DNA of 62,798 nucleotides, filler included, from Rhabdomonas costata (Eukaryota): NCBI GenBank assembly GCA_019059605.1. It is 46 parts of 46 records of this genome, joined end to end, with 100 filler letters (N's around TTAATTAATTAA, not from the genome) between each part and the next. Parts side by side here need not be neighbours in the genome. Positions count along the whole stretch, not along the records: positions 1 to 1,266 come from JAHMHO010021283.1; positions 1,367 to 2,634 come from JAHMHO010021284.1; positions 2,735 to 4,002 come from JAHMHO010021285.1; positions 4,103 to 5,370 come from JAHMHO010021286.1; positions 5,471 to 6,738 come from JAHMHO010021287.1; positions 6,839 to 8,106 come from JAHMHO010021288.1; positions 8,207 to 9,474 come from JAHMHO010021289.1; positions 9,575 to 10,842 come from JAHMHO010021290.1; 38 more parts are not named here. One strand, 5' to 3'. Shown piece by piece: positions 1 to 11,898 of this stretch (position 1 is its first letter; each line of letters starts with the position of its first letter). The notes under the pieces were generated by a model. It saw only the letters and a program-made list of their open reading frames with translations, ran no database searches and was not told where the DNA came from. The position numbers and the translations under genes were made by a program.

Positions 1-273
1 TGTTTTTGGGAATTCTGTCAACAGGTCTCTGAAGCAGCGTCCCTGCTCCACTGATTTATGAAGCTCCCCTGCATCTATTCCTCGATTCCTGGAATCCTTG
101 ACGTAACCTCACTCATGTTTTTGGTCTCTGTTTGACGTGACATTGACATCACCGTCATCAACTGCGCCGCAACTGGTGCCTAGTAGGATTCGCACTGAAG
201 CATATCCACTTTTGTGTTTATTCACAGTGTGTAACACATGGTGGTGTTGGTGGTGGTGGTGGGGCGCACATAG

Positions 274-1034
274 ACCGGGCCACACGGTTGTGACGCGTGC
301 CTTGGTGACATCCCCTGGAGCGCTGACGGTGTGCTACAAGTGGAGGGGCTACCCCTTCACTCCTGTTGGACCGAACCTCGTTGTCCCTGGGGCAGCGGGA
401 TTCATCGTGTCCGACCCACCTCGGGCCTTCCCAGGGAATGTCCTCGAGGTGCTTCTGCTTGGGGTGTCCGCAAACACCACGCAGCAGCTCGCCGCGCAGG
501 TTCAGGTCGGCCTGGGGGTCTCTTTGGTGTGCCCCCTGGCTAGCCCCCTGGCTGCCTCAGGGGTGGTTGGGACCCAAGTCGGGGGCATGTTGGCCTTGGC
601 CACAGAGTTTTCCACCTCTGGGAACCCATCCACTGCGGTGACAGTGTGCTTCAACACCAGTCAGGGGTATGCAAAGAAGAAGAGAATAATCGCATGTGCG
701 TGTTTGCAAACAGCTATATATATAGCTAAACGTTTTTGTTGAACGTTTTTGTTGGGTTATTGGTTGAATTTATCAACGAGATGCGATGCGTTTTTTTGCG
801 GTTTGGACTGCCTTTCGATTGAGAGGAGCCAGGGGTTCTGCGCTGTGCGTTCATAGATGGTCCGTCGTGCCACGGGTGGGGATGAGCTCCTACGCCACCA
901 CCCCCGGGCTTCCCTTGGGTGGCGTGGCGTTTGATGTGGACCTCTACGGAGCGCAGCTGTCGTCGTGGGACCACCTCGGTGTGGTCAGCGCGAGGAAGTT
1001 CTCTGCGTGCTGGGCGGCTGCAGCGGTCGCTCAG
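274..1034 (+). CDS. Two exons (274-666, 857-1034) of an uncharacterised, probably extracellular beta-rich protein
   Basis: AG/GT-flanked exons join in phase 2 (GG|A) and link ORFs 137 and 786 (…TVCYKWRG…TVCFNTSQG/WSVVP…). No family recognised. Confidence 0.55.
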
Positions 1035-1266
1035 GTAACCCTTCCTTAGCCGTGTCGCGGGCATCTTTAGCTTGATTCGACCCACCACTCAACACGTCTA
1101 ATTTGACCACCGTACGGGTGACGTCATCGGAGACGGCAACACACAGAGTCAAAACGGATAACGGTACTCAGCTGAATTTCCTGCTCCACCACTTTGCCTC
1201 ACTAAACCCAAAATCCTAACCCAAATCCTAAGCAAGCACAAGAAGTTGTCTCTGGCCCCACAACAA

Positions 1267-1366
1267 NNNNNNNNNNNNNNNNNNNNNNNNNNNNNNNNNN
1301 NNNNNNNNNNTTAATTAATTAANNNNNNNNNNNNNNNNNNNNNNNNNNNNNNNNNNNNNNNNNNNN
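1267..1366. other. Artificial contig spacer (N44-TTAATTAATTAA-N44); first of 45 such spacers recurring every ~1367 nt
   Basis: Identical 100-nt block with stop codons in all six frames separates 46 contigs of ~1261-1287 nt. Neighbouring contigs are unlinked. Confidence 0.99.
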
Positions 1367-1490
1367 GGTTTTGATTGCCAGTGCGAGCTCTTATACTGAT
1401 TTCGATTTGATTCGAAAGCACAAGGCATTCCGATGGCATCGCCTTTGCCTTCTTTCCCGTGGCTTTTGATTGGTTTGCACGGTTGGGCAG

Positions 1491-1616
1491 GCAAGCTGCT
1501 GGGGAGCTTCCAGGGCCACCACGACCGTGTGCAGGGCCTGGCGATCTCCCAGGACGGCAAGCTCCTGGCCTCCGCTAGCTTTGACCGCACTGTGCTGCTG
1601 TGGGACGCTCACACAG
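1491..1616 (+). CDS. WD40-repeat protein, one exon encoding one repeat
   Basis: [41 protein letters not shown] has the GH...WD signature. The 126-nt exon is phase 1 at both ends, with an AG acceptor and a probable GC donor. Confidence 0.9.
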
Positions 1617-3031
1617 GCATGGGGGCGTTGTATCACTCTTCCTTCCCTCCCCAAACTTGTCGCTGACAGAAGCTTTTCGCCCCAGACTTGGTGGCTTGTT
1701 GGACACACGTGCGCGGAGGCCTCTCGGAATGCGACACATGTTGGCACGTGCCCCCCCTATGTTTACGTGCATAATGATGCTTCTGGGGGCGGGTGGCCTT
1801 AGTCTTGGCATCAGGGCATTTCTTACAACCCCTCACTCTCCACTCATGTCGGTCGGTCCATCACTGCGTCCTGGCCCTCCCTCCTCACCGGCATCCCTGC
1901 TTCCCCTGTCACTGGTTGCGTGGTTGGGTTGATGGAGGGTGAGGTGTAGCGACATCTGGGCCACTTCAGCCACCGTACCACCACCATCATTATCATCACC
2001 ACGGCACTATCACCCTGGTTTGTGAGCTTGGATCGGTGGCTGGCACTCGAGTTGGGGTTGCCATTACCACTGCCGGTCATGCCACCACTCATCCTTACAC
2101 TACCTCTGGGCTAATGCTGCTATGCTGACTGGGTTGAGTAACAGCAACTATGCCTTCGGTCCTGCGCATACGGTTGTATACCCTATGGTATCCCTAATGC
2201 ACAGCTGCCACTACCGGTAACCAGCAACCTCAGCACCAACATCGGATGCATGACTCGGGTAGTATAGGAATCGCATGGGTCCACAAATTGCCAAGATGCC
2301 GTGGGTCTAATGGGGTTAGAGATTGATACGTCCAACATGGCTCAACAGCCACGATCACAGTATTTCTTGGAAGCAAAGAGATGGGACAATGGAACAGAAG
2401 CCAGTAGTCGAAATTAACCAGAAAGGTACGAGCAGCAGTAATATACAAGAGGGAGAAGGGGCCAGAAGGTGTCATTGTGGTAAGGTCTATGGGGAGAAAG
2501 GAGGTGGGCCACCCTGTTGAGCTCAAAGTCTTCGACGCGGAGTAGGTTGCGTGGCCATCCCACCCTCCGGTGCTGTGTAACAGGAAGGACGCGGCAGGTC
2601 TTCACGGGAGGGTGGGATGGCCACGCAACCACAANNNNNNNNNNNNNNNNNNNNNNNNNNNNNNNNNNNNNNNNNNNNTTAATTAATTAANNNNNNNNNN
2701 NNNNNNNNNNNNNNNNNNNNNNNNNNNNNNNNNNGGTTTTGTGTCTTCTTGCCTATCAGAGATAGAAAATGCCAAGAGTACGACTGTATAACTCGTCACT
2801 TGTCACTTGTAGCTTGTAACTCCACGTGGTCGCGGCCTGCGCTGATCCTGTACGAACTTCCCAGGGGCTTGAGCCGTATAGTATTCGAATTATACTGTAA
2901 TTCCCCGTTGCGCGATTGCTTCGCAGATTTGAGTAACGCTTGCTGAGCAACGTTCGAAGACGGGGAAGGGCCTTCGATGTTCCGCTGCCCACGCACGCTA
3001 CTCCTTTCTTTCAATTTCGGGGGGTCTGCAG

Positions 3032-3287
3032 TGGTTCTGATGAGGAGCTGCAGCCCGTGTGCGAGACGGTGGCGCGGCACCCCGGGCTCCGAGAGGTGTT
3101 CCTCCACGACACCGGCAGCTCTCTCGGCGAAGCTCTCGCCGGGATTACCCACGTCCTCACCCACAACACGGCTGTACGGAAGCTGTCCGCGAGCACCACC
3201 GCAGTGCAGGAGTACGAGTTCCGCTGCGTGGAGGCTGAAGTGAGGGCCAATCAGTCGGACGAGGTCGATTCCACCTTTGCCCTGTAA
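3032..3287 (+). CDS. Terminal exon of a possible RNI-like leucine-rich-repeat protein
   Basis: HPGLREVFLHDT…LTHNTAVRKLSAS resembles the RI-type LRR pattern (NxxLxxLxL). GC-rich codons, ends in TAA. Confidence 0.45.
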
Positions 3288-3493
3288 AGGGGGATATTCG
3301 TACAATGGGGTACATTCCGAAACTCAAACTTTTTTTTGCTTGATTGCAGTAGGTCGTAGGGGTAGGGGTGTTGTTAACCTGTCGTGGCAGAAATTTGAAG
3401 TTACCTTTGTCCTGGCGGACGGAAGTTACCTGAACGAGGAACTTATGGCTGTGGGAGTTTAGCGAATGCCAAACAAGCACACACACCAAATTC

Positions 3494-3518
3494 GTTGTTG
3501 TTGTTGTTGTTGTTGTTG
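3494..3518. repeat. (GTT)n microsatellite
   Basis: About 8 tandem GTT units are visible. Confidence 0.9.
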
Positions 3519-4102
3519 GATCCTTCGCTCCGTGGGACAGAAGCGGCGCAAACCGCTTCTTACCGACGGTGGGTGAATGACCAGAAAACTCTGATCCAAA
3601 GGCCGCCAATTGCAGCGTTTTGGACGTTTTCGAAGAATTGGAGCCTTCTGTTTACGGTATACAAAGACCCAGGCCTGTTTCCACTGAGCGCTCTGGATCC
3701 GGGACATTCACTTTTGCTTGAGAGGCCGCAGAGCTGAACGCTTGCCGACACCGATTTGCATGTATGCTTTTCATCAAGGATATGACCCGTGGTGACCTCA
3801 CCCAGCGCAAGCTAACGCAGGCCTTGCTGCAGTTGCTGGCCATTGGGGATCCTCCCGGGGTCACCGCTCGCCAGTGGGCGGTGAAGCTGGAGCGGGTGGC
3901 CCTGGAAGTGTCTCCTGGGGAGGCCCTCCGAGTGTCGGTGCACCCCAAGGGGTACAACCGGCGGGAGGGCCTCCCCAGGAGACACTTCCAGGACCACCCC
4001 CCNNNNNNNNNNNNNNNNNNNNNNNNNNNNNNNNNNNNNNNNNNNNTTAATTAATTAANNNNNNNNNNNNNNNNNNNNNNNNNNNNNNNNNNNNNNNNNN
4101 NN

Positions 4103-5345
4103 GGTTTGTCGCGGCCGTGGCTGTGGTTGTGGGAATCCTTCTGGCGAGGTACTACAAGCGGAAGAGGAGGAGAAGGCTGGTGCTGCCGTCCACAGGTGTG
4201 TTCTTCTTTCGTCCTCAAATGGTATGGAATAATATGCAGCAACAGCTATCGGCGACCATTGGCAGTGCCGTCGGTCGTAGGCGTCATGTTTTCATGTGGT
4301 TGACTTTGTGATGGTTGTTCGTGCTTGTTCGTTTATTGTGTCTGTTTGCGCGATAAAAGGATGGAAAGGAAACACACTCACTTGTGAAGGAGAGCGTGGA
4401 TGAAAAGAAAATACCGCCCTAACCTAAACCTTGGTTGATTTAGTTCTACTGTATTTTGCTGCTGAAAGCCCAGTCGCACCCTATTCTCGCAGTTGTGCGC
4501 TCTTTTTTGCGCACACGCAAAACACAAATACAGCGGGTTTGTGGATATTGTCTTGGACCTACATGGAGTTTAGGTATAGCCTTCAGCGCTCAAGGCTCAT
4601 TTTCATGCCGTGTGTCAGTCCTGACCGTCCATCAGGACCTTCACGCAGCTCTGCCTAAATCACATTTTCGGGGCCAGAGGAACAAAAGTGGCGCAGGTTT
4701 CGGAATGTTACAGATTAATTCCCCAGTTTTTTTGGGAAGCCTGCTTTTATACGTGATCTGCAAAGCATGCCCCATGGGATTGGGCGGTTTGCTTCCCAGA
4801 AGCTGTGGAGATGGCCTTTGGGGCCACTGTAACTCGGGACGAGGCCTGGGAACGCTCCTACCTCGCCTTGTTTGAGAAGCACAGCAGCATTCTCGAGGAG
4901 CCCGATGCCCTCCCGATTGCCGCCGCGGGCCTTGTCAGCGGAGGCAGCGTGAACGCCCAGGCCTTCGCTCAGCAATGCCTGACATGGGCCCGGGAACATT
5001 ACCCCCGGGACATCCTGCCTGTGGCAACGTGTCGGTGGTGGACGGCTGGCGAAGAGGACTCTGCCCGATTGGCACCCTACCGGGTCATCAATAGCACCCT
5101 TCGGCCCACTGGCAGAAAGACGTCGGCCTCCCTCGACCTAGTCATGCCCGCTGTGTGTCTGCTGACGTGGTCTCTGGAGAACCTTCCTAAGGCCCCGGAA
5201 TTCGCCCGCAAGTCTGCCGCCGTGTACCGCGTCATCTCCTGGCTGTTCCCCAGCCCCCAGAACTACAGCCCCCGCTCCCACTTCTGCGAGGGCACAATCA
5301 TAACCACGTACGACTTCCGTGCGGCCAGCCGTTCTTTGGCCATCA
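4103..5345 (+). CDS. Single-pass membrane protein with cytoplasmic ART-like (mono-ADP-ribosyltransferase fold) domain; exons 4103-4195 and 4800->contig end
   Basis: Exon 1 encodes hydrophobic VAAVAVVVGILLA followed by RYYKRKRRRR. A phase-1 GT-AG splice leads to exon 2 with WT..E…YRVINSTLR…L..SLENLP…VYR…F.EG.II…DFRAAS, which matches the ART pattern YT.E…Y..LN..LR…AL..LP…VYRG…G..I.W..FSSTS. Confidence 0.7.
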
Positions 5346-5983
5346 CACCAAACCCAAACACACCCACCACNNNNNNNNNNNNNNNNNNNNNNNNNNNNNN
5401 NNNNNNNNNNNNNNTTAATTAATTAANNNNNNNNNNNNNNNNNNNNNNNNNNNNNNNNNNNNNNNNNNNNTGTGTTGTTTAGAGGCCTATGCAGCACCTT
5501 TGCTTTGCGAGTGGTGTTTTTCCCGGTCCTTGTTTCTTGTTGCCCCCTTCTTTCTTGGCTGGGGTTTTTGTATGAGTGTGCGAGCATTGCAGTTCGATTT
5601 CGGTTTTAAACTAATCAAAGACGCTATTTTTATTGAATCGCTCTCTGCTCTGGCTGAAGATATGTACTTGGCACTTCTGCGAAACTCGTTGACCTTTTTT
5701 GGATTTGGGCTTTGCATCTTTGACAACCGTGCAGGGGGGCCAGCTGGATGGAGGCGTTTGGGAGAACATCCGGTGTAGCTGTTAGCAGCGTTCTCGTTGC
5801 TTTGCTGAAACACCACTCACCTCTGTTAAGTGTGTTCAGATCACCACAACCGACCGAGGTTGAAAGGTCTGGAGACGGTGACAGGGAAAGCCAAACCCAA
5901 AGCACCGGCCACTGCTTCTGCTGCAGCTAATTGTCTCGTGCCAAATCTTCACCGCTTGTCATTCCGCCCAATGGCTTTCGCAG

Positions 5984-6543
5984 GGGAACCAAGGAGGCGA
6001 TGGTAATGTGGCATGACGTGTACTACGATGTTCTACAGCAGTACATGGAGGAGGGCCGATTCGCGGGATGTGACCAGTGCATCATGGCGACGGTTTGCTT
6101 GCTGCACCCCGACAGGGTATGCTCCATGCCCCCCCCCTTCAACGCACACACACATAGGCAGAGAAGAGAAGAAGAGAGGGATGACTGACGATGGCACAAA
6201 GTCATTTGAATACAGACAATAGACAATCCTTCTTTCTGCCTTTCTTCTTGCACCCATCTCTTTCTCCAAATCCAAAATCGATCTTTGTCGTCTGCTCAAC
6301 TGCTTTAATACTTTTTCCTGCTGCATTGGGGCACAGGTGCGAATTATCCGATCCCCGCACCGACTTACCGGAAGCCGCACACTACACACCAACCCGGAGG
6401 GCTGGTTCTGGCTGCAGCCCTACCTTTTGCCTCAGTCGGGGAACGTTTCTCTGGCAGCCCGGAAGGCTTCCGGTGTTCTGACCTCCCGACTCCTTCCACT
6501 TCCAGCACAGAGGTCGAGTGCAAGGGCCTTGGCCCCGCTTTGA
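5984..6543 (+). CDS. C-terminal exons (5984-6116, 6337-6543) of a HtrL-like/glycosyltransferase-like protein
   Basis: The spliced product is GTKEAMVMWHDVYYDVLQQY…FAGCDQCIMATVCLLHPDRVRII…WFWLQPYL. It resembles the G…W…YY…DQ.IM…P…WF pattern of HtrL-type proteins. Phase-0 GT-AG intron. Confidence 0.45.
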
Positions 6544-7618
6544 GGCATCCCCACAGTGGATCGATGCTTCCTGCTAGAAACCTCGCCCGTCAACCGGGAG
6601 TATGCAGTGAGTGCCCTCGGCTTGCATCCCCTTGGCGACGGGTTGACCGAGGAGGTACGAGTTGGCGGCAGGCGGTTGTGAACTCTATGTGGTCAATTGT
6701 TAATGACGCTGGGCAGTGCCCCTCATTAACAACAAACCNNNNNNNNNNNNNNNNNNNNNNNNNNNNNNNNNNNNNNNNNNNNTTAATTAATTAANNNNNN
6801 NNNNNNNNNNNNNNNNNNNNNNNNNNNNNNNNNNNNNNGTGGGTGTGGTCCTCAGGGTGAGTGGGGTGGGTGGGGGTTTGCCTCTGTTGTAGCTTTGCCC
6901 CTGGTTGACCCTGGTTTGCCCCTATTGCAGCTTTCGTTAAGTAGGGGTTGGGACACCGACCTGGTGCCAAAATGTGTGGGGCTTGGCGACCTTCTCCCGG
7001 AGGTGGAAAGGGGATCCCTGGCGGTGAACCATACAGGTGCAGGAAGGGCATTGCGTAAGCGTATGCGCCCTGTCGTGCCTGGGACGGTTGGCTCCACATA
7101 CAGAATGTGCGAAATCGGCATGCGTTTTTTTAAAAAATATTGTCAAGTTCCCTCTGCAAGTGAGAGTTCTCATGTTGTTAGTTTTTGTTTTATAAACAGG
7201 TCAATGGTTTTTAATCTTTGGGGCCAGCCTTCCGGAAATGACGGAGCTGGTTTCCTTCTCATTTGGGTTGCCTTGCTTTTGTGCCAATCCTGTTTCTATG
7301 TCGTGGAAGCTTCTGTTCACAACCCTCATCTGCTGCGCTCCTACGTGCCTTCTCTGGAGCATTATTTCAAGCCATTTCGGGAACGAGGGCAGAAGTTGTG
7401 GGTGAATTATTCTGGAACCGGTCATGTTCAGGCAGTCACCGGTGCGCCAGAAAGCAGAAAGATACACACAAAGACACCCTTTGAAGTTCTTGCTTTCTAT
7501 CGAAGATTCAAAACGAGGTGTACTTCATTTCCCGTGGAGAGGTGCAAGGGCGCATGCCCATCCTGAAGTGACGGTACCCCGTTTTTGTGGTGACCGGTGA
7601 CCATAAATGAATGTCTGA

Positions 7619-8100
7619 ATGGTGCGGATTTGGCAGCCCACGGAATGGGAAGCGGAGCCTACTTTGCACGAGAACGTGGTTTGTTTGCCCGTCTCAGGTC
7701 GGCCCGCGAGCTTCGCATTGCAATTCCTGCACTCCAAGGTGCTGAAGAGTGTCGTGCACGCCTATGCCACACTGGAGGGTCCTGACACGGTGATAGGCAT
7801 GCTTGGTGCATGCTCGAATGTGACGGTGAATTTCACGTACACGCCCGTCCTGACGGGCAGGTACACGCTGGCCATTGATCTTATTCTCACCAAGGGCTTT
7901 GTTCCCTTACCTCGACACAACTACACCATACTAGTGAGCGGCGATGACCTGTTCAACATGACGAGGGAGAAGAAGCCATGCGGAATGTCAGGCTTTTTTC
8001 CCTACCAAGGACGATGGATACGGTGTGCGAGCCAGCGCACGGTGATGCCCGAGGAATGCCTGCGATGGGGATATGTGTTTCGCCCTGAGCAGTGCCACAC
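7619..8100 (+). CDS. Possible NXPE/PC-esterase-like protein fragment (Ig-like segment plus Cys-rich C..GRW…C…GY.F.P..C)
   Basis: FTYTPVLTGRYTLAIDL is Ig/filamin-like and is followed by KKPC…GRWIRC…CLRWGYVFRPEQC. The link to upstream ORF 6895-7566 is unresolved because stops lie in between. Confidence 0.4.
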
Positions 8101-9574
8101 ACAAACNNNNNNNNNNNNNNNNNNNNNNNNNNNNNNNNNNNNNNNNNNNNTTAATTAATTAANNNNNNNNNNNNNNNNNNNNNNNNNNNNNNNNNNNNNN
8201 NNNNNNGGGGGGGGTTGTGATGACCCCATGATGCATCCTAAGTAGGGTTAGCGTAACCACTACTCATACTCCGCATGCACCCCCTACGTGACTGAGTGCT
8301 ACGTAATGTGTATGTGATCGAGAGAACGTGAAGATCAGAATCCATCAAAATGAGCGCAGAAAATGGGGTGTGGATGTGTGGTATCTGATGTGGGATTTAC
8401 GCACCATATTGCACTACCATTCCATCAAAATGCCAATAAGTGAAGATGGCATAACAGGTAAATTGATGGTACCCACTGATCATTGATGGTATGATGATGG
8501 TGATGTGGAGTAATTTTATGTAATACCATCCGACGTCACTCCAAAGCACACCACCACACACTCCAGAAACAACCTCACCATCAAACCCCTAACACACAAG
8601 TCACATTCACCCTCCTGCGCAAGAACTCCACACCAACACACCTTACTCTTTACCAACACCACCGGTAACCAAGGTCACAACCCACCTGCCCACCACCATG
8701 ACCACGCAGTCAAACCAGACAAAGTAGATGAAGTTCATATGGGTGGCTGCAGTTTGCTCATGATTCTCAGCATGGAGTGTTTTCCGGATGCTTATGGAGG
8801 CTCCTAGCAACACCTCTTTGTGGAATGTTAGCTGAAGTGGATACCACTAGCATGGTTTTTGGATGTGCTTTGACAGAAAAGCTTATGTTGCCCACAGCTT
8901 AGAGCTCTGACGTAGTTAACGGAACTTATATACCGCAAACGGCGTCAGCAGAGTCTTTAAGACCACTGCCACGCTGACCACCAAGTATGGAAATGGCGTA
9001 CTGTTTAAGCATCTTGGATTGCAGCAATAGCCAGAGACAATTCCATGACTAACATTTTGCACATAGCTGCAAATAACTCTTTATGCCCAAAAACATCAGT
9101 TAAAGATGATAATGTACAACCATTGTATCCAACACGACGGTAAATATTGAGCTGAGGCCATACTTCTACTTCAACTACTACTACTACTGCGGCAATTATG
9201 TGTACCCGCCCACGCACACAAAAAGAAATTACCATTAACTAGCAAGCTCATAGCTAATTTTGTAGCGGTAAAAATTTTGTTGTGATGACGAAACTCTTAA
9301 AATATCTGAGCTTTTGGATTTACTCTTCTCCACTGTTTTAGAATTGATGGCTCAGGTGGCTCAGTGTGTTATTGTTTATGGTTTTTAATGTGCATATGAT
9401 TAGTAACTCCCAAGAGTTTTGTTGCTGCTCAAGTTAAAAACTCTTGGGAGTTACTAATCATATGCACCCACAAANNNNNNNNNNNNNNNNNNNNNNNNNN
9501 NNNNNNNNNNNNNNNNNNTTAATTAATTAANNNNNNNNNNNNNNNNNNNNNNNNNNNNNNNNNNNNNNNNNNNN

Positions 9575-10842
9575 AGTATTGTGGATTTATTGTGGAGAGA
9601 AATGGGATAAGGCCCAATCCGAGGAAGTTAATGGCAGTATACAAGTGGCCGCAGTTGCGGAACCCTACAGGTGTGAAGAGTTTCCTCGGGCTGTGTGGGT
9701 TTTACCAGAGATTCGTGGAAGATTACGCCACAGTGGCAGCCCCACTGACGGATTTAGTGAAGAAGAAGAAGGAGTGGGTGTGGAGCGAAGCTCAAGAGAC
9801 GGCGTTTCAGAGGCTGAAAGGCAGACTTTAAAACATTCAGTGTTAGTGTTTCCAGACTTTAAGAAGCCAATGGTGCCTCACACCGATGCGTCAGAGGTGG
9901 GGATCGGAGCGACTCTATCACAGCAAGTGGAAGTTGGCAAGTTGCATTTGGTAGCATGTCGCTCGAGAAAGTTGTCACAGCGGAAAAGAATTACCCTGTG
10001 CATGAGAAAGAAATGCTAGCGTTGGTGGACACGTTGGAAGAATGGAGGCATTACTTGCTGGTTTCAGATGTCAGAGTTCACACGGATAATTCGGAGCTGA
10101 GATATTTACAGAAGAACACTAGGCTGTCGCCAAGGCAAGTAAGATGGTTGAAAAGACTCCAGAGGTATGCTCTGAAGATTGCTTACATTCCAGGAAGGTA
10201 GAATGTCGCTGCGGATGCCTTGCATAGGCACACAGTGGACGAAGCAAGATTGGGAGCGACAGAATCTGAGTTGTGTTTTGCGACACTGAGATTTGATGGA
10301 CCACTATGTGCACCATCGGAGGGTGATCCAGACGATTGGTGACCAGATTACTGGTTAGACCCAGTAGTGAGGAAGAGGTACTTTAACTTTACTACAGAGG
10401 AGCTTTTGGATCCGACGAAGTGGCACCATGGCCGACTTTGGGAGTCGTGGAAGATTGTGGTACCAATTCAGAGAGAACAAGAGGTGATTTCCAGGTACAA
10501 CGACTCACCCGAAGCAGGTCATTGGGGAGTTGCCAGGACGTCCGCCCTGATCAAGCGGAAGTACACGTTCAAGAACATCAAAAGAAATGTACGAGCTTAC
10601 GTGCGTACTTGTGATGTTTGCCAAAGATGCAAAGCGGAGTACCATTTGCCGAGAGGTCACACCCAGGTTTTGGAGGTGCCAGTGAGGGAATGGGAATCTA
10701 TATCGATGGATTTTGTTTCCATGCAGCCAGTTCCGTGGAAGTTTTCTGGTAAAGGCTTGGAGGTGAACGAGGTGTTGACGGTCACGGATCGGGCAACCAA
10801 GATGGTGGTTCCGATACCATGCCACAATGAGATGAATGCCCA
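9575..10842 (+). mobile_element. Degenerate Ty3/Gypsy LTR retrotransposon pol (RT C-terminus, RNase H, integrase)
   Basis: Motifs: VKSFLGLCGFYQRFV, HTDASEVGIGATLSQ, EKNYPVHEKEMLAL…WRHYL…VHTDN, YIPGR*NVAADAL, integrase GHWGV…CDVCQRCK and WESISMDFV. The order is RT-RH-IN, with in-frame stops and frameshifts. Confidence 0.95.
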
Positions 10843-11013
10843 NNNNNNNNNNNNNNNNNNNNNNNNNNNNNNNNNNNNNNNNNNNNTTAATTAATTAANN
10901 NNNNNNNNNNNNNNNNNNNNNNNNNNNNNNNNNNNNNNNNNNGGGTGTGGTGTTGGAAAGATAAAAGCTGGGCAGACGTGGGAAGAGGGAATTTTATGGG
11001 CGAATGTCCACAA

Positions 11014-11898
11014 TCAAGAGGGACTTCTCAGCGGACTTGTAGATCGCAAAAGCATTAGCAGAGTGCTGGCAGTGTGCAAAGAATAAAACCTCAGTCCACA
11101 CAAGCTTGGCAAAGAGAAGGTATGCGTGGGTGTTTGCACGGAGCTGGCAGACCTGATAGTGGATGTCAAGCCAAATGTCAGGCTGGATGAGGGTGAAAGA
11201 GCAGAGCCCACACTGAAGTATGATGGTGGTTGGGGTACTGGAGAGAAGGTTGTTAGGTGAGTCGGAGTCTGAAGTGCTCCAAAAGTAGTGAAAGTGTCTG
11301 CAAGACGGCCTGCGCAGGAGAGTGTAAGGGTCCAAGCTGCACAGCGGCAAGAATTGTTTGTGTGGTTAGAAGGCACCAGGAGTGTTGGCGCAGTCAAACT
11401 GGGAAAAACTGACGCAGATGAAGGATGGATTACAGCCGCGTGTCCTAAAGAGAGTAGTGTAGAGGACCACAAGTCGGCAGGTTAAATGGAGAAGACGGCC
11501 ACTTTGGGGCCGTAGAGATGCACCTTCTGGTGAAATGAGGCTTTTGATTTCAAAGTAAGGGCGTGAGGCCTCGGCCGATAACCAGCTACACAACACGCAA
11601 ATGTAGAGACTACCTGCAAGACGATGTCGGATGGCGGGATACATGTCCACAGCAAAAAGAGGTCCAACACGCTGGCGTAGTACAGCCTGGTGGAGGAAGC
11701 AATGTAAAAGGACGCAATAATCGCAAAGGAGGAGGTTACTGCTGCATAAGAGGAACGTATTTGCGCCTTGGAAGTGCTGAGACTGGGGTGCCACTGGGCA
11801 AGGGATGAAGTGAGGAGGGCAATTAGGTGTGCACATTGTGGATTGGCGAGAACTTGAAGGACTTTGCAGCGCAAACACCCACTGCTCCAACCACACAA
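11014..11898 (-). mobile_element. Possible decayed tyrosine-recombinase (DIRS/VIPER/TATE-like) element fragment
   Basis: One frame has a single stop and no splice pattern. It reads IASSTRLYYASVLDLFLLW (SAM-like ST…Y…F..W), then AWTLTLSCAGRLAD (box I Arg-like), then GLRFYSLH (degenerate HSLR-like). Confidence 0.35.

Noticed and set aside
4417..4430. CCCTAACCTAAACC matching the telomeric-tract junction near 55665 (similar variants at ~1203-1230)
   Set aside because: Too short and low-complexity to support a telomere-related feature.
9829..10203. In-frame stops in the Gypsy pol as evidence for stop-codon reassignment
   Set aside because: They occur with frameshifts in a decayed element. Conserved host exons have no internal stops, and TAA and TGA end terminal exons.
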